Positions 60,995-64,000 of a stretch of DNA of 64,000 nucleotides are shown in pieces. The DNA lies in the IMG/VR virus record IMGVR_UViG_3300020572_000004. One strand, given 5' to 3'. Numbering within the stretch: the first letter of the stretch is position 1; each line of letters begins with the position of its first letter. Made by a program: the position numbers and the translations under genes. This DNA comes from an uncultured virus (IMG/VR IMGVR_UViG_3300020572_000004). Its lineage: Duplodnaviria; Heunggongvirae; Uroviricota; Caudoviricetes. The notes beneath the pieces were generated by a model that ran no database searches, was not told the DNA's origin, and saw only the letters and a list, made by a program, of their open reading frames with translations.

Positions 60995-61939
60995 TTACTT
61001 TGTCCATTCAACGTTACTCATCAGTTCGGTCATACATGCTACCATGTTAAGTTCTCTGTCACTTACAAAACATGCCTTATAACTATAGTCTGCAAGAATA
61101 AGTACAGCACTTGGAATGCTGTTGGGTGATGCAGTATCATACAAGCTGTCATAAATCTTGCGAAACACAACGCTGCTATCAAGGCTACTGTTGTTCACAA
61201 CCCAGCTGCGCATGCTTTTAAAATCCTTAGTGCGCAGGTGTGTTGTAAGTTCAGCGATGTTTTGATCGCTCATTCCTACAAGGATAGCCGTGGGAATCTC
61301 GCCGCCTGTGCTATATCGCTGACACTCATTTAGCACTCGACGCCAATCTGGAGCATAACGAATAATCAGTTCGGCGATGGTTTTGTCTTGAAAGGCAACG
61401 CCTTCGGCTTTGAGAATAGCACTAAGCCGCTTCATGAAGTCACCAGCCAGACCAGCTAGTTGCTTCTTTGTGGTATTAAATTCAACCACACTGCATCGAC
61501 TATGAAGCGGCTCAATGATTCGATTCTTGAAATTACACGTAAGAATAAATCGGCAATTATTACTAAACTCCTCGATGAATCCGCGAAGTGCTGGCATTGT
61601 ACTTGTTGGATTAAGATAGTCAGCCTCATCGAGAATAACTACTTTATATCCACCAGTCAATGATACAGTACTTGCAAATTGTTTGATCTTATTGCGCAGC
61701 ACATCAATGCCGCTTTCCTCACTGCCGTTGATCATGATGTAATCAAGATCAAGCTGGTTACACAATGCTTTGGCGACTGTAGTTTTACCCAAGCCAGCCG
61801 TGCCAGCGAGGAGTAGGTTGGGCAACTGTCCACCCTTCACAATATCATTAAAGGTTTTCTTTAATTCGGGTGGAAGGATACATTCGTCAATGGTTTGTGG
61901 GCGATAGCGCTCTACCCATAAGAATTCAGAGTTGTTCAT
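60995..61939 (-). CDS. 44: Clamp loader large subunit gp44
   Basis: LWVERYRP, GLGKTT, DEAD, SRC. Confidence 0.96.
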   Translation of the reverse strand: MNNSEFLWVERYRPQTIDECILPPELKKTFNDIVKGGQLPNLLLAGTAGLGKTTVAKALCNQLDLDYIMINGSEESGIDVLRNKIKQFASTVSLTGGYKVVILDEADYLNPTSTMPALRGFIEEFSNNCRFILTCNFKNRIIEPLHSRCSVVEFNTTKKQLAGLAGDFMKRLSAILKAEGVAFQDKTIAELIIRYAPDWRRVLNECQRYSTGGEIPTAILVGMSDQNIAELTTHLRTKDFKSMRSWVVNNSSLDSSVVFRKIYDSLYDTASPNSIPSAVLILADYSYKACFVSDRELNMVACMTELMSNVEWTK

Positions 61940-61982
61940 AATATAGTTTAGTTCTGGTGTGTATTTTAGTTGCAACAGTATT

Positions 61983-62237
61983 TTATACTACTGTGATTGC
62001 TTTGTAAAGGTTTTTAATATCGCTAGTCTCATTTTCAAAATCAGCAACATTCTTCTTATGGTATAGTCGCGCAACTTTACGAATTAGCGGTTTACCAATA
62101 TCAAATGCTTCGGCGGCTGCACCGATGATTTCTTTAATCTGATCACGGCTGTCGTCCATCTTGGACAATTCGATACCAATCTCTTTAATGACATTAAGCA
62201 TGTCAAGCTTTTGTTGTTCGTCTTCAATATCAATCAT
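61983..62237 (-). CDS. T4 DsbA-like dsDNA-binding protein
   Basis: Size, helical pattern, RKVARLYHK...F..E motif. Confidence 0.6.
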   Translation of the reverse strand: MIDIEDEQQKLDMLNVIKEIGIELSKMDDSRDQIKEIIGAAAEAFDIGKPLIRKVARLYHKKNVADFENETSDIKNLYKAITVV

Positions 62238-62559
62238 ATTCTGGTGTGTCGGTGTTGGGGTTTGACCGTACATGGTCTTGTATGCTTTCGATGACTGGTG
62301 CGGCAGGAGTTATCGTTTGTGGAGTATCGGTAAAATATCCATACACACAAAAGCTAACCACTGCCCAAAAAGCAAGTGAATATAGAACAGTCATGACGGG
62401 ACTGCTAGCGCGACGTTTGGTTTGTGCAACCATTGTCCATTGGCCTCCCTTAGACGATGGATTCATATATTGAATCCAAAGAATAATTCTGCCAGGAAGC
62501 GTGAACAACTCAAAAAGGCATCCACCCTTTGCAGTCCCGTCAAGTCTGTCTTTATTCAT
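62230..62559 (-). CDS. Membrane protein
   Basis: Hydrophobic segments. Confidence 0.6.
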   Translation of the reverse strand: MNKDRLDGTAKGGCLFELFTLPGRIILWIQYMNPSSKGGQWTMVAQTKRRASSPVMTVLYSLAFWAVVSFCVYGYFTDTPQTITPAAPVIESIQDHVRSNPNTDTPEYD

Positions 62560-62560
62560 A

Positions 62561-62851
62561 TTAGTCTTTGTTAGCGGCTGCACCAGCAAAATCAAAGTTC
62601 AATTGATTTTCTGGAATCTCTGCGACAGCACTAGTATTGGTAGTCTCTGCAGCATTGGTTTCTTCGGGAGCGGCCTCAGGAAGGAATCCCTTAAGCTTTT
62701 CAAATAAACCGCCAACGACGGTAAATTCAGCGGCTTCAAATGCACCACGGCGTGATACGGTAGCAATGATATTGACAATAAGTGCAATGTCATCAATAGT
62801 AATTTGTTGCGGTGCGGCTTCAGTTTGTGTTTGTTCGTTTTCGTTACTCAT
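62561..62851 (-). CDS. Hypothetical protein
   Basis: ITIDDI...II...SRRGAFEAAE...VG motif. Confidence 0.7.
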   Translation of the reverse strand: MSNENEQTQTEAAPQQITIDDIALIVNIIATVSRRGAFEAAEFTVVGGLFEKLKGFLPEAAPEETNAAETTNTSAVAEIPENQLNFDFAGAAANKD

Positions 62852-62859
62852 AGGATTGT

Positions 62860-63534
62860 TTATGCGTTATAGCTGCTTGTCTTTTCAAGAGCAATGTAGT
62901 AATTGATTGGCGCAGCGTTGTTGATCCAATGACTGATCAGCTTGCTGCTAATCTTAACTTCATAATCGCCTGGGATTACTTTAAGATTGGCAATAAGGAA
63001 TTGAAGATCAAAGTTATTTTTATTGTCGTTAGCGTCATCAAGAACAACCGTAAAGCTGTTGGCCGTACTGTTCTTTGGATCAATTACGCTAAGTGTAATA
63101 ACTCCAGCTTCTCCGCCAATGCTTACGATGGTATGACCAAGGACGCCTGCAGCTTTACGAATCTGTCCAAGCAGGTCGCTATCAATATTTACAATCACAT
63201 CTGCTGAAGGCATAGTGATTTTACTTTTGGGAGTGGTCAGAATGCTTTGATCCGCAAAGCGATAACTTGCTTTGGTGCGGCCACTCTTGAACACAACACT
63301 GTCTGCTGTGAAATCAAGGTCAGGATCACTCATCAATGAAAACATACTAATGAATTCATTAAGATCATAGATACCAAATGTGGTTTCAAACAGTTCAGTA
63401 ATTTCAGCGCTAGCCATAATGTTTTTAGCTTCTGAAATGGTTGAGAGTGCTTCTCCGCTTTTGACAATCAGGTTACTGTTGATTGATGCGAAGTTTTTTA
63501 GAATCTCGAGGGTTTGTGTAGATAGTTTTGTCAT
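62860..63534 (-). CDS. 45: Sliding clamp gp45
   Basis: LKNFASIN, FGIYDLNEF, NLKVIPGDY, YYIALE. Confidence 0.95.
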   Translation of the reverse strand: MTKLSTQTLEILKNFASINSNLIVKSGEALSTISEAKNIMASAEITELFETTFGIYDLNEFISMFSLMSDPDLDFTADSVVFKSGRTKASYRFADQSILTTPKSKITMPSADVIVNIDSDLLGQIRKAAGVLGHTIVSIGGEAGVITLSVIDPKNSTANSFTVVLDDANDNKNNFDLQFLIANLKVIPGDYEVKISSKLISHWINNAAPINYYIALEKTSSYNA

Positions 63535-63575
63535 ATAGTTAATTATATACGGTTATGTTTAAAATGCAAATCTTT

Positions 63576-63899
63576 TTATTGTTTTTCTTTAGAGATGAAG
63601 TCCAATTCATAGTAGAATAGCATGCAGCAAACCGCATGTGCGGCGTGATGCAATCCGCTTTCACGATCATATGTTTCATCTTTCTTTAGTGCCCACATGT
63701 GTCGCTGTGCAGCTGCAAAGTAACGATTCTTTGCATCATGCAGAAGCTTCCAGTTGTCTACCGAATACTTGGCTGCACCAAAGGTAAGAACCATGACAGC
63801 TTCTTCCAATGCATGCGGTGGAATCAAACCATAATCAGGCTTATCGCCATCATATTTGACACCAACTGGGACGGGATTTGAGAAAGAGTGTGATATCAT
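63576..63899 (-). CDS. dATP/dGTP diphosphohydrolase-like (DUF5664) protein
   Basis: GVKYDGDKP, VLTFGAAKY..DNW, AAQRH, DRESGLHHAAHA. Confidence 0.85.
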   Translation of the reverse strand: MISHSFSNPVPVGVKYDGDKPDYGLIPPHALEEAVMVLTFGAAKYSVDNWKLLHDAKNRYFAAAQRHMWALKKDETYDRESGLHHAAHAVCCMLFYYELDFISKEKQ

Positions 63900-63910
63900 A
63901 AAAGAAGTAA

Positions 63911-63943
63911 ATGCAGGGGTATAGCGAAACACCATACCCCTGC
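63911..63943 (-). terminator. Hairpin after the gene that ends at the window edge
   Basis: TGCAGGGGTAT/ATACCCCTGCA. Confidence 0.55.
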
Positions 63944-64000
63944 ATATTAGCAATTAGCCGTTCTTACGTGCGGTACCCAAGCGATAGCGCTTAACGAGTT

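Noticed and set aside
63576..63899. 2-aminoadenine (Z) or 7-deazaguanine genome
   Set aside because: No purZ, dpdA or que genes in the window; a DUF5664-like gene alone is insufficient.
1..64000. Stop-codon reassignment
   Set aside because: Core genes (gp43, nrdA/B, gp44, gp45, RtcB) are full length in code 11; the breaks in 41 and uvsX are explained by intein motifs.

Overview
A 64-kb segment of a T4-like (Tevenvirinae/Kyanoviridae-type) myophage genome in genetic code 11, with almost all genes on the minus strand. From left to right: (1) a tRNA array (about 15 tRNAs, including Ile-UAU) interleaved with many non-tRNA structured RNAs and a roughly 600-nt structured non-coding block; (2) late genes for small proteins that share an N-terminal leader (likely capsid-packaged), plus HNH, ClpP-like, exonuclease, RNase H and nrdAB genes; (3) late/virion-associated genes, an endolysin and two paralogous PD-(D/E)XK nucleases; (4) gp41 helicase and UvsX, both fractured into two genes by split inteins with a free-standing homing endonuclease in each gap (the gp41 intein is atypically split, with an 18-aa N-fragment); (5) a cytosine hypermodification operon: gp42 dCMP hydroxymethylase, HAD/kinase fusion, cytidylyltransferase, SDR epimerase, beta-glucosyltransferase-like GT and a divergent C5-methyltransferase; (6) early accessory genes including an RtcB/Pth2/cyclic-phosphate RNA-repair set; (7) the core replisome gp43-regA-gp62-gp44-gp45 with an AEP-type primase-like gene. 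All family assignments come from motif recognition by eye; no database searches were run.
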